A stretch of DNA of 62,738 nt, the filler included, from Ionaspis alba (lineage: Eukaryota): assembly GCA_964255285.1 (NCBI GenBank). It is 8 parts of 8 records of this genome, joined end to end, with 100 filler letters (N's around TTAATTAATTAA, not from the genome) between each part and the next. Parts side by side here need not be neighbours in the genome. Positions count along the whole stretch, not along the records: positions 1 to 7,784 come from CAXUUL010000803.1; positions 7,885 to 15,667 come from CAXUUL010000804.1; 6 more parts are not named here. The stretch is one strand, 5' to 3'. The notes beneath the pieces are model-generated. The model was not told the origin of the DNA. It saw nothing but the letters and a program-made list of their open reading frames with translations, and did not search any database. Every line of letters starts with the position of its first letter. Position 1 is the stretch's first letter. This document shows, piece by piece, positions 1 to 12,437 of this stretch. Position numbers and translations under genes: made by a program.

Positions 1-640
1 CCCCATCTCCATCTCCCATCTCCAGATCCCCACTTTCGCCCATCGCTATGCCCTCATCTGCGCCCCCCTCTTCCTCGCCTTCACTATCCCACTCATCCTT
101 CAATCCCCATCCCACGCCCGTAAGACAATACCTCTCCGGTGGTAGCCTCAACCCGTAATACCTCCCCACGGCTGGCAGCGCAATTCGGTTTCTCTCCATC
201 GCTATATCCTGATAGAACTCCTTGGGCAGATTCGGATTATACTGATAGTGCGTCCGGCTCGCGATTGCCAATCTCAATCCCATCATCGTGACATTGTTCT
301 GATCCCCTCCCCCTCTGCCCCCACCGGTTGGTGCTGTGGGATACGTTTCTGAAGTGAGGTGGAGGGCGTCTTGCAAGATGGAAGATGTGTAGCGGTAAGC
401 GAAATCCATGAGCTGCAGAGGGACGCGCTCTTGGTAGGCAGTAAGCCCAAAGTTGGCGAGGATGAGATGAATGAGGCGGGCGTCACGGGGTCGTTTGCTC
501 AAACCGGGATCGGTGAGAGACGTGTTAGGGAAGGGTGCGTCGATGGGAGTGGTTGAGGGTTGTGAGGGAGGTGGAGTGAGTTGTGAGGGTTGAGGATTTG
601 TGGTTGGAGGTTCGGTGGCGGTGCCGTTTGGTTCAGCCAT
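1..640 (-). CDS. TAF9: TFIID/SAGA subunit TAF9 (3' end truncated at scaffold edge)
   Basis: Absent from the ORF track because it runs off the window. Manual translation from ATG 640 gives MAEPNGT...KRPRDARLIHLILANFGLTAYQERVPLQLMDFAYRYTSSILQDALH...LPKEFYQDIAMERNRIALP...GLRLPPERYCLTG, the TAF9 histone fold and conserved C-terminal block. Confidence 0.93.
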   Translation of the reverse strand, partial: MAEPNGTATEPPTTNPQPSQLTPPPSQPSTTPIDAPFPNTSLTDPGLSKRPRDARLIHLILANFGLTAYQERVPLQLMDFAYRYTSSILQDALHLTSETYPTAPTGGGRGGGDQNNVTMMGLRLAIASRTHYQYNPNLPKEFYQDIAMERNRIALPAVGRYYGLRLPPERYCLTGVGWGLKDEWDSEGEEEGGADEGIAMGESGDLEMGDGDG

Positions 641-1243
641 TGTGTGTGAGGTTATAATAGCATTGGGCGGATGTGAGGATTTCTTTTGGAGGCCAAATTG
701 ATGCTGCCTTCGAACGAGGTAATGTTTTGAAGTCGGAGTGATGATGGATGTGGTTGAGAGCTTCTGTGTCGCGCTAGTACTGATTGAGCGGTTTGCGACA
801 GAATTTATATATTTGGTGTTGACTGGTATTACAGTGATTCCTTCGGGAAAATGAATTCTGGGTTATTATACTGTAAACAATCGATTGATATCCGTACAAG
901 TACTCAAATCCATCCATTCTCTCAAGATGCCTAGCATATGCTTCAAAACTCCATGCCCAGCTGTCCAACGATGCATACTCCTTTCTTTTGTATGAACATA
1001 TTGTACACCAGAGGCGAGCTCCTTCTAAAATTCGCCAAATTGTAACTTCCTTTTTTACGGCCCTTAAAACCCGAACGATCCCGCCCCCACGATACCGGAA
1101 CGACTCCAGCAGATGCCGTCCGAAAGGCCCATAAGCCAGTCCCTAGTGTTTACCCATGTGCGAAACACCTTGCGATTGAAATTGTGGAATGCTTGAAGTC
1201 GAGATAAGAAACAGCCTAGTAACCAATGTCAAGCGGACGATCG

Positions 1244-3761
1244 TCATGCTGTAGAAGTCCGAATGGCAAGAGGACTCTCCTTCTCCTCCACAAGTGCCAA
1301 AGGTGTTGGCTCTTCCGTCTCTTCCTCGACCTCAATCGAAAGACTTCGTTCAAGCTCTTCATCTTCGATGCTCTCGAGGATAGAATCGACCAAGTCACCA
1401 GGCTCGTCAATCGATTCCCGGGACATGTAGCTATCCCCCATATCATCGCCTTGCTCTTCATCATCCAACCCTTCACTACCCTCATCCTCACTGCGAATAC
1501 TTCTCCTATCTCGTGTTTTAGGACCACCATCTTCGCTATCGCTGGCTGAGAAATCGTCAATATCAAGCGGGTTATCGCGCCAATAATTGAAATCCGTAAA
1601 TTCTTCGCCTCCGCCAGTGACCAGTAAGCCCACAGGAGGAAAGAAGTGATCCACAATCTCTCGCATAGTAACATAGCTGCTTTTGTATTTGTTCAGGGTA
1701 AGGAGATCAAGAGAGACCTCGGCATTAGAGTTGATAGTAAAGATTCGCGTTGGGGGGATGTTGACAGATCGGTAACTCAAAGCATCTGTGAATCTGTTGC
1801 CAAAGCCGGCATAGAAAGGACTGGGCGAGGTATTGAAGAGACTCATGATATCTCGTAGGCATGCCATCTTGAAAACCTCTGGTTTACGAAGATACACTTC
1901 TCTGCGAAGTGCTGCGATGGTGCGGTCCGGGCTGAGGATGACTGGCCCTCTAGGCAGCTTGTAGCCTTCCTGTGAAACACCATGCAGATATGCTCTTGTT
2001 GTGTCAGCTTGACCTACAGATCTGCTGGTCAGGTATAAAATATTATATCCGTTTGCAACGATATCAGTGTACAGCTTTGCCACGCCAATATGTGTCCAGT
2101 CCCGTCCAATCATATTAAGAACATGACCAAGGGCATCGGACCTGGTCCCGATAAATTAGTGAGAGCTAGCTCGGAAAAACAGACCAACCTACTTTGTAAT
2201 CGTGCCATCAATATCAGAGATGACAACTGGCACATTGTATGACCAGTAATACATATAAGCCTGACAGGTCGCTCTGTTGACACTAAAGCTCATCAAATTT
2301 GGACCCTGTTTTAAGTTCAGTCCTTTTAGCTGTTCACTAGTCAGGCGTAATGTCTTTGCGTAATTGCGATTCGGGTCGCCTGCAGTAACGGTATCGGGAG
2401 GCGTCTGTGGAGGCGTGATCAAACCTGCAGGGGAACGTTGACTCATCGGCAGTTGGTCTCGTGGTTTCGGCTTGGGACTGGTCGAGCCTCGTTCCTCGTC
2501 GCTATGGTATCCTGGATCTGAGGCCGCGTCACTAGTGATGGTTGTCGAAGCGAGTCCAGACAGAGTGGCCTTGCGAGATGCGGCTTCTTTAGCTTCCTCA
2601 CTACTGTAGATCCATAGATTCCCATGTTCGTCTGCGCCTATGAGGGCACCAATATCATAGTTGCCTTCTAGCTCTTCTGCTAGTATCTTCCGCGCGATTA
2701 CTTCCGCACGTAATGCTTCCTCTTCACTGGTTTTATATCCGTTCATGTCGAGCATTAGGTCACCATTTTCAGTTACATGAGTAGGGATGTTCGATCCGGA
2801 GAGCTTTTTGGATAATGCCATAGCACGATTGACGGCCTCTTTGGTTGATAACGGTGGGGGGCTGACCGAACGTTCTGCACTCGAAGACGTTTGATCTTGT
2901 TGAATCGCCGGAGGTTCAGAAGATCTCTCTCCAGGTAGCGTCTTCCGCGAAGCTTCAAAGGCTTCTAGTTGGGCCCTTGCAGCCACGGGTAACAACTCCT
3001 CTGACGTAGATCGCTCGAGGATTGCTCGCGCGCCTGGCTGTGCCGGAAACCCATGTTCTGAAACGGGCCGTTTATAATCATCGGGAGGCGAGACAGATAG
3101 CGGCGTTATATTCCCTTGTGGCCTATTAACAGGAACTCTCATTCATGCTTGCACGAACATACCTAGATCACTCTGCGCTCTTTGGGCCGCGGACAGGACA
3201 GGCACGCCATGTTGCTGGAGTACAGCAGATGAGGGTCGTCTTCTTGTTGTGGTGTTCTCGAGATCCAGATATTCCGGTTCTTGTAGCGTTATCCCGCTTG
3301 AGTTTTGTGCTGCCAGTCCATGAGGGCTTGTCGTCGGTGATATTATAGGGGAAGTTTGTAGGCTTTCGGGTATATCGGCAGATGTTTCGAAGACAAAAAA
3401 GGCTTCACCCCCTTCCCCGAGCTTCATGGCATAATCTTGCTTCACATTATTGACCTTAAATTCGACCTTGGTGATGTGTTAGCAACCGGTTTGACGTCTT
3501 ACCCAAGCTGCCTGGCGGGACATATGTTACCTTCTTTTCATAAGGCCTTAACAGGGAGAATTTTCCAAATCGGACATGAAACGGAGAGCAAGCCAACGAG
3601 CCTATGTCTCTCAGTATTTAGCCAGCGATATATTGGGGTTCTAGCTTCTGACCATCCTCTTGCTCAACAACGACTACGTCGATTGCGCCACTGAGTGTTG
3701 CCGGATTGATAGAGTTCCATGTCTTCGACACTGATCCGCTAAAGCTGCGCACATATTGCAT
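1244..3761 (-). CDS. PAH1: Lipin / phosphatidate phosphatase (Pah1/Ned1/Smp2), multi-exon
   Basis: N-LIP start MQYVRSFSGSVSKTWNSINPATLSGAIDVVVVEQEDG, then FHVRFGKF and MKLGEGGEAFFVFET. HAD catalytic motif SDIDGTITK and C-LIP GRDWTHIGVAKLY...FYAGFGNR. Exons joined by GT-AG introns. Confidence 0.96.
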
Positions 3762-4371
3762 ACCTCCGGCGAAGCTTGTTACTCCCTCGAGTCGAATGTC
3801 AGCCTAGCCCGGCTGCTCAAGCTTTTCAGTTGTCGCAATGCAAGGAGAATTGATCTGTACGTCCTTATAGTAAAAGGAGTCGTCGAAATGTTTTTGATCG
3901 TAGGTATTGTAGGTAATTTTGTAGTAGTGACTGGACAATGCTCCTGTCAGCGACCTTTCCACGCTGGAGTCCCTCAATGCGGCGCAACACCTAAGCCACA
4001 GAATTTGACGGCAAAATGGCTGTGTCAAGGTTTCCAGATGGCAATCGACTGGGTAAGGGCTTCTGAAGATGCTGACAACTGCTGGAATGTATTATTGAAG
4101 AGCAATTGACTGGGCAAGGTTGGCATCCCCAACACGGACTCTCTCCATCCTCGGATGATCAACGGATGTGACATGATCGTCATCAACGGCTTTTGCCAAG
4201 CTATTCGTCGACTTATATCGCCGATACCGTCCGGACACTACGCCCTACCCGCTTTGAAGGTAAGTCGCGGTTGTGGAAACCCACACGCTCTCGGTCATGA
4301 GCCAGAGTTTTGTGAGGGTTTCCTTTCCCATTTCTGGAGGCTCAAGTGTCTCCTGGTGGGCGCGGCCCTTC

Positions 4372-7300
4372 ATGTGGTATGGCTTTGGAGCGCAGCGGCT
4401 TCTGGTGCCCCTGCTAACCTACAGTGATTTTGTACTGTCATTTCTTTGGAACATAGCTTTTGCTGCCTCACTCATGTGGTACGTTTCTGGTAAGTTATTG
4501 GAGATTACAGTAACTAGCTAATGCCATATAGGATTGTCTATCGAATCTATGAGATCTACAAAAAGCCTGTCTCGGAACTTGTCGACATCCTGGGCATCGA
4601 CATTCCCCCAATTCCCGATGTTGCACTTGCCGGTATCACCCACGATTCTGTTTTACTCTATTGGAAACCGCCTGAAAACTACCACGCACCGCTAAAACAT
4701 TTCATTCAAGTTAATGGAATCAATGGTACGTACAGACAAGGTCCCTAACTCGTCTGGTGTTGAGCAAGGTATTGACACGACGGTTTTTTTAAAGTCGGCG
4801 ACTTCAATCGTACGGACGCCTCAGTCGAGGTGACTGGCTTAAAGCCAGGCAACTACTACAGTATCCGCGCAATTGCAAAGAACGCCGCAAACTTCTCTTC
4901 TCTTGGAAGGCTCATCAGGATCCGAACTATACCGCTTACTGGACATGAAGGAAGCAAAATACTCGCTACGTCTCATGGCGGAAGTCAAAAGCAAGGTAAA
5001 CGTGTTATTTCTGGACGCAGAAATTCGCCAGCAAGTATTGCTCCTGCAAATGGACAACCACAATCGAACCTGTCAGGAGGTGATGATGATGGATCAGAAG
5101 AGTCGATGGCAAGTCTGACCAAAAAGCTCGACACTCTACGACGTCAAAAAGAAGATCAGGATAGACAGATTGAGGACGAGGAAGCTGAGGCTGAAAGGAC
5201 GAAGTCTGCTCTCATCAAGGAACGCGATGATCTCAAGCAAGTGGTCGAAGAGAAGGAGAAGGCACACATTGAGTTCAGGAAACAAGTAAATGAACTCGAG
5301 AAACAGAGCAAAGCAGCCCAGAGGAAGAAGTCTGCCAAGGAACGGCTTCTACAACAGAAGAAGGCCGAGAAACAGAAGATGAAGGATGATGTCGCAAGAT
5401 GGAAGTCTGAAAGAGTCGAAATGCGCAAGGACACGGAGGCGATGAAGCAGGAGAAGACTCGACTTGACGAAGAGCACGAGACGAAAATGTCGGCTGTTCG
5501 CAAAACCATTGACGAGGGCCAAGCTGATTGTAAAGCTCTGGAGGAAGAAATCCGCGTTTGGGGCATCAAAATGAAGGCGTTGGAGGAAGAAAGGAAGAAG
5601 TCTGATCATGTGCAGAATGAGGAGGAGCGCGAGGCTGAACGACGGGAAAGGGAAGAGGACGCTGCCCATGAGAAGCGCATGCAGGAATATCAAAGCCAGT
5701 ATACGACGATGTGGACTATCACGCAACAGGTAGAATTCTTCTCGCGCACTTCCCCATGGGTCAGGCAATGATGCTAACAGTTGGGAACAGGCTAAAGTGG
5801 AATGCGAACAAGCTGAAGACCGCCTCTCGTACTGGTTAACCAAACGTGCTAAAGACCCTACTCAATTCGCACCCATCCCGCACCTTGACTTTTCCATTAG
5901 CTCCCAAAGACGAACGCGCCAAGGCACATCCCGAGGCAGCACAATCTCTACAGGATATCCCCCCAGCACCTCAGCTTACAACAGTATCTCCAGTGTCTCC
6001 CCAATTTTCTCATCCGTCGGACCGTTCTTCAATATAAGCAACGGCATGGCAACCTCAAATAACCCCGAGCAAGACGGAATGTTCTCGCGAGACGTGGATG
6101 GCCTTACAGGTGGTGCGCCATTGAGCCCCACCGCCAATGCGCTGTTACCTTCAGGCCTTCTCCGCGACGACGATCCTCCTCCGATACAGCCATTCCATCC
6201 GCTAGGAGACTTCAAAATGGACAATCCATATACCATGCAGGCTCGACATTCCTACAGACCCTCAAGCATTGACATGCATACGCAAGACCCTCAATCACCA
6301 AACTCCCTCAATAGCCGATCGCCAAGTCTCATGTCGAGCCCGCAGGAAAGTGTGCATAATCTCAATAGTTATTATCCGAGCAGAGACCAATTACCAGACA
6401 GCGACAGACAGTCCATGCACTCTACAAATTCTATGTATCATCCTGGTATTGCTGCAGAGGCCAGCACCAGTACAGGCCGTGGAATCTCTGGATTGTTCAA
6501 CTTCAATCGTCAACGTGGAAAAGTCTCGATCGGCGAAGGCCCTCCGCTGGGCACACTTAAACAAGGTCAGAGCCAATCTTTTCCTCGAAACCTAGATCAG
6601 GGTCCTATCGATCCGATGACTGGAGGACGACGAAGATTGAGCTCTGGCATTTGGCCAAATCAGATGACCAATTTCCTTGCTCGCAATAATATCGGAGTCG
6701 GAGTTGGCGATGGAAATGGTCAGCCGTCTGCTCGACTTCCAACTACGCGACGAAGTCGTCTACAACTATTTGGATCCAAGTTGGAGCCTTCAGAAGCGGC
6801 AGACTTTGACCGGGCCTCATCTTCTCGACCGTCATCCACTTACTCCTTCGAAAATGCACTTCCTCGCCCTTCTACTGATAGTCATTTCGGCTGGGGCTCG
6901 ACAGATGTTGCTCGTCAACGTAGTAGTCCTCTTGGAGCCGACTGGTCCTTACTTGGAGGACCATGGTCGCGCAGCCAGTCCCGTCGGCCTTCTGTACAGC
7001 ATGGCTCTACCAGCAATCTATCAATCGGGTCCACACCTTTAGATCCAGACGACTACTCCTCCCCATTTGGGAGCAAAGTCTCACCACCAGCACCCATTGG
7101 TACCGAGCGCTTCAAACTCGGTCAACGATCCATCACACCGAAACTCAACCCCGCCGCGCCCTCATTCACGACCCGCCTCTTCAGCCGCAACGACACCAAA
7201 AAATCGGCCAAGTCCGAAAAAGCTGCCGAAAAGTCCAAAGCCAAAGACGCAGAACCCGACACCATCCCCGAAGACTCCTCGCCACCCGTCTCCCGCCTCT

Positions 7301-7764
7301 CCCGCGACGCCCACTCCATCGCCACCGCCGCCTCCCTCGCCGACTCGCACTCCTCCCTCGACCACTCGACCTCCGGCGCCACACCCACAACCACCAACTC
7401 CTCCGACGCCGCCGGCGTCTCGACCTCCGTCCCCAAGGAATCCCTCATGCAACGCATCACGCGCAAAAGCAGCTCGAGCAAATTCAACCTGCCCTTTTCG
7501 AAAGAGCGGAGCGGGCTGTTCTCGAAAAAGGCGGGGGAGCCGTCGACGCCGAGTGCGGAGGTGGAGGAGGATGGCGGGAGCGATTATCTGGGGAAGAGTG
7601 TGGAGAGTGCGGGGAGTACGCCGCAGCCGGAGAAGGAGAAGGAGAAGGGGGGCAGGCCGAGTCTGAGTTGGAGTCGGGTTATGAGTCGGAAGTCGAAGGC
7701 TGGAAAGGTTAGTGAGAGTGATCGGGCTAGTGAGACGGAGACGGGGGAGGAGGAAGAGGGGTGA
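4372..7764 (+). CDS. Membrane-anchored fibronectin type III domain protein with long coiled coil and Ser/Pro-rich tail
   Basis: Spliced N-terminus MCDFVLSFLWNIAFAASLMWIVYRIYE (hydrophobic anchor). FN3-like block PDVALAGITHDSVLLYWKPP...VTGLKPGNYYSIRAIAKNAANFS. K/E-rich coiled coil ~5100-5730, then a disordered tail. Start could instead be the in-frame ATG at 4297. Confidence 0.8.
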
Positions 7765-7784
7765 TTGGAGGTTGAGGGCGGGTT

Positions 7785-7884
7785 NNNNNNNNNNNNNNNN
7801 NNNNNNNNNNNNNNNNNNNNNNNNNNNNTTAATTAATTAANNNNNNNNNNNNNNNNNNNNNNNNNNNNNNNNNNNNNNNNNNNN
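7785..7884. other. Artificial scaffold-joining spacer N44-TTAATTAATTAA-N44 (also at 15668-15767, 23548-23647, 31407-31506, 39252-39351, 47092-47191, 54920-55019)
   Basis: Identical 100-bp spacer occurs seven times. The 12-mer places stop codons in all six frames. Genes are cut mid-CDS at several spacer edges. Confidence 0.98.
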
Positions 7885-8075
7885 GGGGAGAGGAGGTGGG
7901 GCGCGAGGGCGCGGGAGATGTGCGCTGTCACGACGAGGAGGGAGGCGAGGCCGCGGAAACCCTGGGTGGTGGCTGTTAATTTTGGGAGAGGGGATGATGG
8001 GAGTGGGTTTGTGGGACTTACGTCGGCCCATTTGGTGTCGCGGTTGGTGGTTGAGGATGAGGATGAGGGAGCCAT
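7885..8075 (-). CDS. Acyltransferase-3 family membrane O-acyltransferase, 5' fragment
   Basis: After removing a 60-nt GTAAGT...TTAAC...CAG intron (7962-8021): MAPSSSSSTTNRDTKWADGFRGLASLLVVTAHISRAL, matching the family DGLRGxAxxxVVxxH N-terminal motif. Truncated by the scaffold edge. Confidence 0.8.
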
Positions 8076-10327
8076 GATACCCACAAAGATGAGGGGTAGG
8101 CCGACGATGAGGACAAAGAAGAAGAAGAAGCGGTAGCAAGGGTGAGCAGCAATGCCATTGAGGATTAGAAGCTGGAAAGAGGACAAGAGGAAAACGGAAG
8201 AGCACACGAGCACAATTAGAAAGTAGTAGGATTATTAGAGGACAAAGAAGACGACAAGACCTGAAGCACTACTACCATCGCCAAGCAGCAATACCAAGAC
8301 TTCGTCGGAGTAATAACACTCTCATGGCTTAGGAAATGAACGTCAATGGTAAGTTCAGGGGCTTTTCTTCTGCTGTTCGACAGGCCAGGAAAAAAACAAG
8401 ACGAGCTTGTGTAGGGGAAATAAGAGCCCAGCACAGGATAGGCGTTCGCGCAAAAGACCCGCTCGATCCGAAGGCGGAACCAGCCTTGGCTTGCAGGGTG
8501 AAGACAGTAGTACAGTGGGATAAGTGAGTAGTGGGAACTGGGAAGTCGCTTCCCGCTTTCTTCGTCACAAGGGGGAGGGGGAGGCAGAGGACAGGTTGAG
8601 AGAAGGAGAGTGGCACAAATCAGATTATCGGGTGTGGATTGGTGTGAGTTTTTTGTGGACTAGTCCCATGCAACGATGAGGTTCATCTGGTTTGATGGTT
8701 TGCGAAGGATTTCCTTTGCGCGTGCTGCTAATCTGCAGAAAGCATGTACGTAGGCGGATATGCATGCATGTATGCAGATGAAAGGGAGGCAGAGATGCGC
8801 TGGATGATGGCATCCATGCGGGAATCCTCTGTTCCAAGCGGATACTTTCTTCGCACTTCTGCCAAGATACGAGGGATCTGCTGCTGAGGCAGGTGGTGAT
8901 TGGAATAGGTTCTTTTCTTAGGATGGGGAAAAGATGTCGTTGGCCAAGAGAGACGGTTAGCTGGTGCGTGGCCCGGTAAGGGAAGTAAGATCCCCGCATA
9001 GAAAGCAAAGCGGCTGAGGGATGAGATGGAGGGTCGGTTGGTGGTCGTAGGAACTGCCAAGTGACACTGCAACGTTGTATGGCCTTCCATCTGGCAGCTT
9101 CCTGTCTCCCTCAGGATACGGCGTGAAGCTTTCATGGTTTCTTGGAGTTTCTGTGTTACAGCGGAGGGGTCAATTACGTGGTCTCCTGACACTGAAGATG
9201 TTACGCTCCTTGGGCAACTTGGTTTCCAGCGTGGCTTTGATGTGGCTTGCAGGGATTTATTGGTGGCAGCCGTGGCTAATCTACCCACAAGCCGGGGCGA
9301 CGGTTGTGCCAGTAGCGGTGGTGGAGCTGGAAAGAACAGGTGGTTATTCATGAAGTTGACTGTAGTCCGTTATCCAGAAATCGAGCAGGATCTGATTAGA
9401 TAGATGCTTCGCCATCAAGAGTGTCTCTCTATCTCTATCTTCGGATCAGATTACTCGGAGAGCATTAAGGTGTGGTTCCCCTTCACAGATTCATTCCTTG
9501 CCGAATTTCCCGAACCCTCAGGGGTTGACGTGGTCGTAATCTCTCCTCAGCCCTGAGGAATAATAACATTGTCGCGTGCTTACCTCGGTCGATCTCAGCC
9601 TGTGGGAAATAGCAGCTAAGGTAACAAATATTATTTTATCGATGATAAGTAATGATTTTACGCTTCGCCCGTGGATGCTACTATTCCGGTGCGGATGCGT
9701 ACACTCCAACGATCTCGGAAGCTGATTGCAATCGCATCAGATGACCCTCGTATTGTGTGAGCTGATAATGATGTGAAAGCACGTGGTCAACGACGAGGTT
9801 GACCTCAAGTCCTTGAGAATGAATGTCTAATGTCCGCTCTTTCTGGTTGAACCTATCGATAAGACAAGACGCTTAAGGACTTTGATATGGCATTGTTTGT
9901 GGCATTTCGAAAGACTGTACCTCGCAGCCAGTGTGCGATGGAGAATCCAGACGTGAAAACGCCTGCTTCCTAACTGTATTTGTAGCCGAGAGCTTCATCT
10001 TTGAAGCGTCTTAGTCCTTGGTCCCATCCGATAGTGGTCTTCCCGCTCAATATTGGCGTCTCTCAGAAGTGTCTAAGATCCCAAATCACCCAATTTGCTT
10101 GTGCCCGGGCTAGATCAGGTTGCCTGGGGAGCCTGAGAAAGAGCTTTCTAGCGGTCTAGAACCTTGCACTCCACTATGATTCTGATGGAGGACGGATTGT
10201 ACAGCTTCGACCAGATGTCTTAGTCCTGATGAGATCAGTGCTCCCTTCTCGAAAGGGCTTCTGCGCAGCAGCTTGCCTTCGTCTGGCGAATCGGTGATTG
10301 GTGTCAAAGACATTGGACTCATGATGT

Positions 10328-11954
10328 TCAACCTTCCTTCAACCTCTTCGCAGGTCTTCCACCAAAGCTATCATCAGGCAATCCACTCCTCTTCGTACCC
10401 GGAAGACTAGCCGTCCGGATATCATTATCGTCTTGACTGACTCGTCTGTGTGGATATTGCGTCGACAGACCCTCGAAACAATTCGCACTAACTTTCTCCC
10501 CATTCGCCGAGAAGTAAGGATGCTGAAGCGCGTCCCTAGCAGTCATGCGTTTCTCTGGATCATATTCGAGTAGCTTCGAAAGTAAGTCGAAGCCTTGCTG
10601 TCCAGGGTGTCCACATGGTTGTGTTTCGGAATATCCGATAGTTTTGAGAGTATTGTAATACCAGCACTCCAATCCTGAAGACTTGCCGTTTGTAGCCTCC
10701 CTCGAGGCATAGGAGAGTGTTTGTAGTTGGCTATACTCTGGTTGGTGGACCAATCCTGGCCAATTCTCTACTGTAGGCATACCAAGAATTTCGACAATTT
10801 TCTGCATCTGGTTTCGTTGAAAGGGAACAGTCTTCTTACTGTCCATCTTCGCTTCTTCGCCCTTGAAGATTGGTCGTAGGGAAAGTAGTTCTGCAAAGAT
10901 GCAGCCAACGGCCCACAGATCGATGGCCGGCGTGTAGTGTCGACTTCCTAGGAGTAACTCGGGAGCTCGATACCAAATGGTGACAACGACTTTATCGCCA
11001 TTGAAAAGAGTGGTAAGCGGCTTGTAGAAGAGACGAGCAAGGCCCAGATCACCGATTCGAATCTCCCCTTTCGAGGTCACCATAATGTTTGCCGGCTTCA
11101 GGTCTCGATGCAATACCCAGTTGCTATGCAGGTATAGTAGCCCGTTGAGGAGCTGAAATAAAACAGACTTGACCGTAGAGGCTGGTATGGGATGACGCGG
11201 TGGTTGGGTATGATGATGAATAATTTGAAGCAGATCATGCTCAGCATATTCGAAGACCATGAAGATGCACTTGTCTTCCAAAATGATTTCGATAAGCTCA
11301 ATCACATTGGGATGGCACAGCTCCGAGCACAAAGCCATTTCACGGCAGGCCGATTGTGATATCCCAGTATACTGGATCACCTCGCCCTCCTTGTCTGGCT
11401 TGAATCTGGATTCTGTCAGTCATCCTCCTGCGCACAAAGTCAAGTTGTCCTTACTTCTTGATTGCAAACTCTCTTGATTGCCCGTTTCGTCCAATAGCCT
11501 TGTAGACTCTCCCATAGGTACCACTGCTGATAAAGCCAACCACCTTGTACCGCTCGTGTACACGTACTTTACTGACATAGCCATTTGAAGGCATCGACTT
11601 TGGGTCTGACGGCTCTGCGAGAATACTTGTCTCAGAGACAGTCCAAGAACCCAGTTATGCACCGAATAACTAAAGCATAGGAGAACGGAGAGACGAATGA
11701 CGATCAAATATATGAAGGCTGACAGGAGAGAGAGTGAGATAGAGTTTCAGTAATAGCAAACAAAAATTGCCAAGGGTAGCAGATGCCGTTATCCGAATTT
11801 GTCAGGAAATGCATAAAACATTGCGTTTGAAGCTTATATTTAAATCCCCCTTACCGTCAAATGCAGTAAGCACGCTCCTCTTCAAATTGTTGGTAGTCTT
11901 AGTACCGGCCGAAGTAGACGAGGGTTCGCCAGTGGATGACGGAGGATTAGACAT
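10328..11954 (-). CDS. SSN3: Mediator kinase CDK8 (Ssn3/Srb10)
   Basis: [30 protein letters not shown] (CDK8-type helix), [35 protein letters not shown]. Exon 1 MSNPP...[11 protein letters not shown] (11855-11954) splices in frame over a 240-nt intron (11615-11854). Confidence 0.95.
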
Positions 11955-12006
11955 GCTGGTCCAGATTATCCTAACTGCCGAGTAGTGCTTGATAAGACCG
12001 CGAAGA

Positions 12007-12106
12007 NNNNNNNNNNNNNNNNNNNNNNNNNNNNNNNNNNNNNNNNNNNNNNNNNNNNNNNNNNNNNNNNNNNNNNNNNNNNNNNNNNNNNNNNNNNNNN
12101 NNNNNN
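12007..12106. other. Intra-scaffold 100-N gap of unknown true size (also 21765-21864, 41242-41341, 52308-52407)
   Basis: Exactly 100 N with no linker. Two of these gaps interrupt recognisable CDSs (SCC3 and ZNG1). Confidence 0.95.
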
Positions 12107-12437
12107 TCCACGACTTCATAACAGAACGTCGCACACAATCACGGGGAAAAAGATCCCTGCAAATGTACTCAGCCCTGTCGGCTTGACTTGCTTTTTGACG
12201 GATAACCAAAACATATCATTATCGAGACCTCTATCGCAACTCTCTATACACTAGATCACCATTGTCTTCGAGATTCCTTGGACAGTTACCGTTTGGCCCA
12301 AGATTCCAGGACAATGACCGTAATATCTCTGGACAATACAATCCTCTAAGACGTCAGAGCTACGTCAACATACCTCCTAGCTATCGTGGGGGCATAGCTC
12401 TGGCAAGTCACCGCCGATACCAGAATACCTTCAGGAC

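Noticed and set aside
7829..7840. TTAATTAATTAA recurring every ~7.8 kb as a periodic repeat or CRISPR-like array
   Set aside because: Always centred in N44 flanks. It is a synthetic six-frame stop linker, and ORFs ending in X...N or X...LIN are artefacts of it.
8076..10327. ORFs and a short hairpin (~9516-9558) in the 2.2-kb region between the acyltransferase and SSN3
   Set aside because: No recognisable domains. The 12-bp interrupted hairpin is within chance expectation. Likely promoter and UTR sequence.
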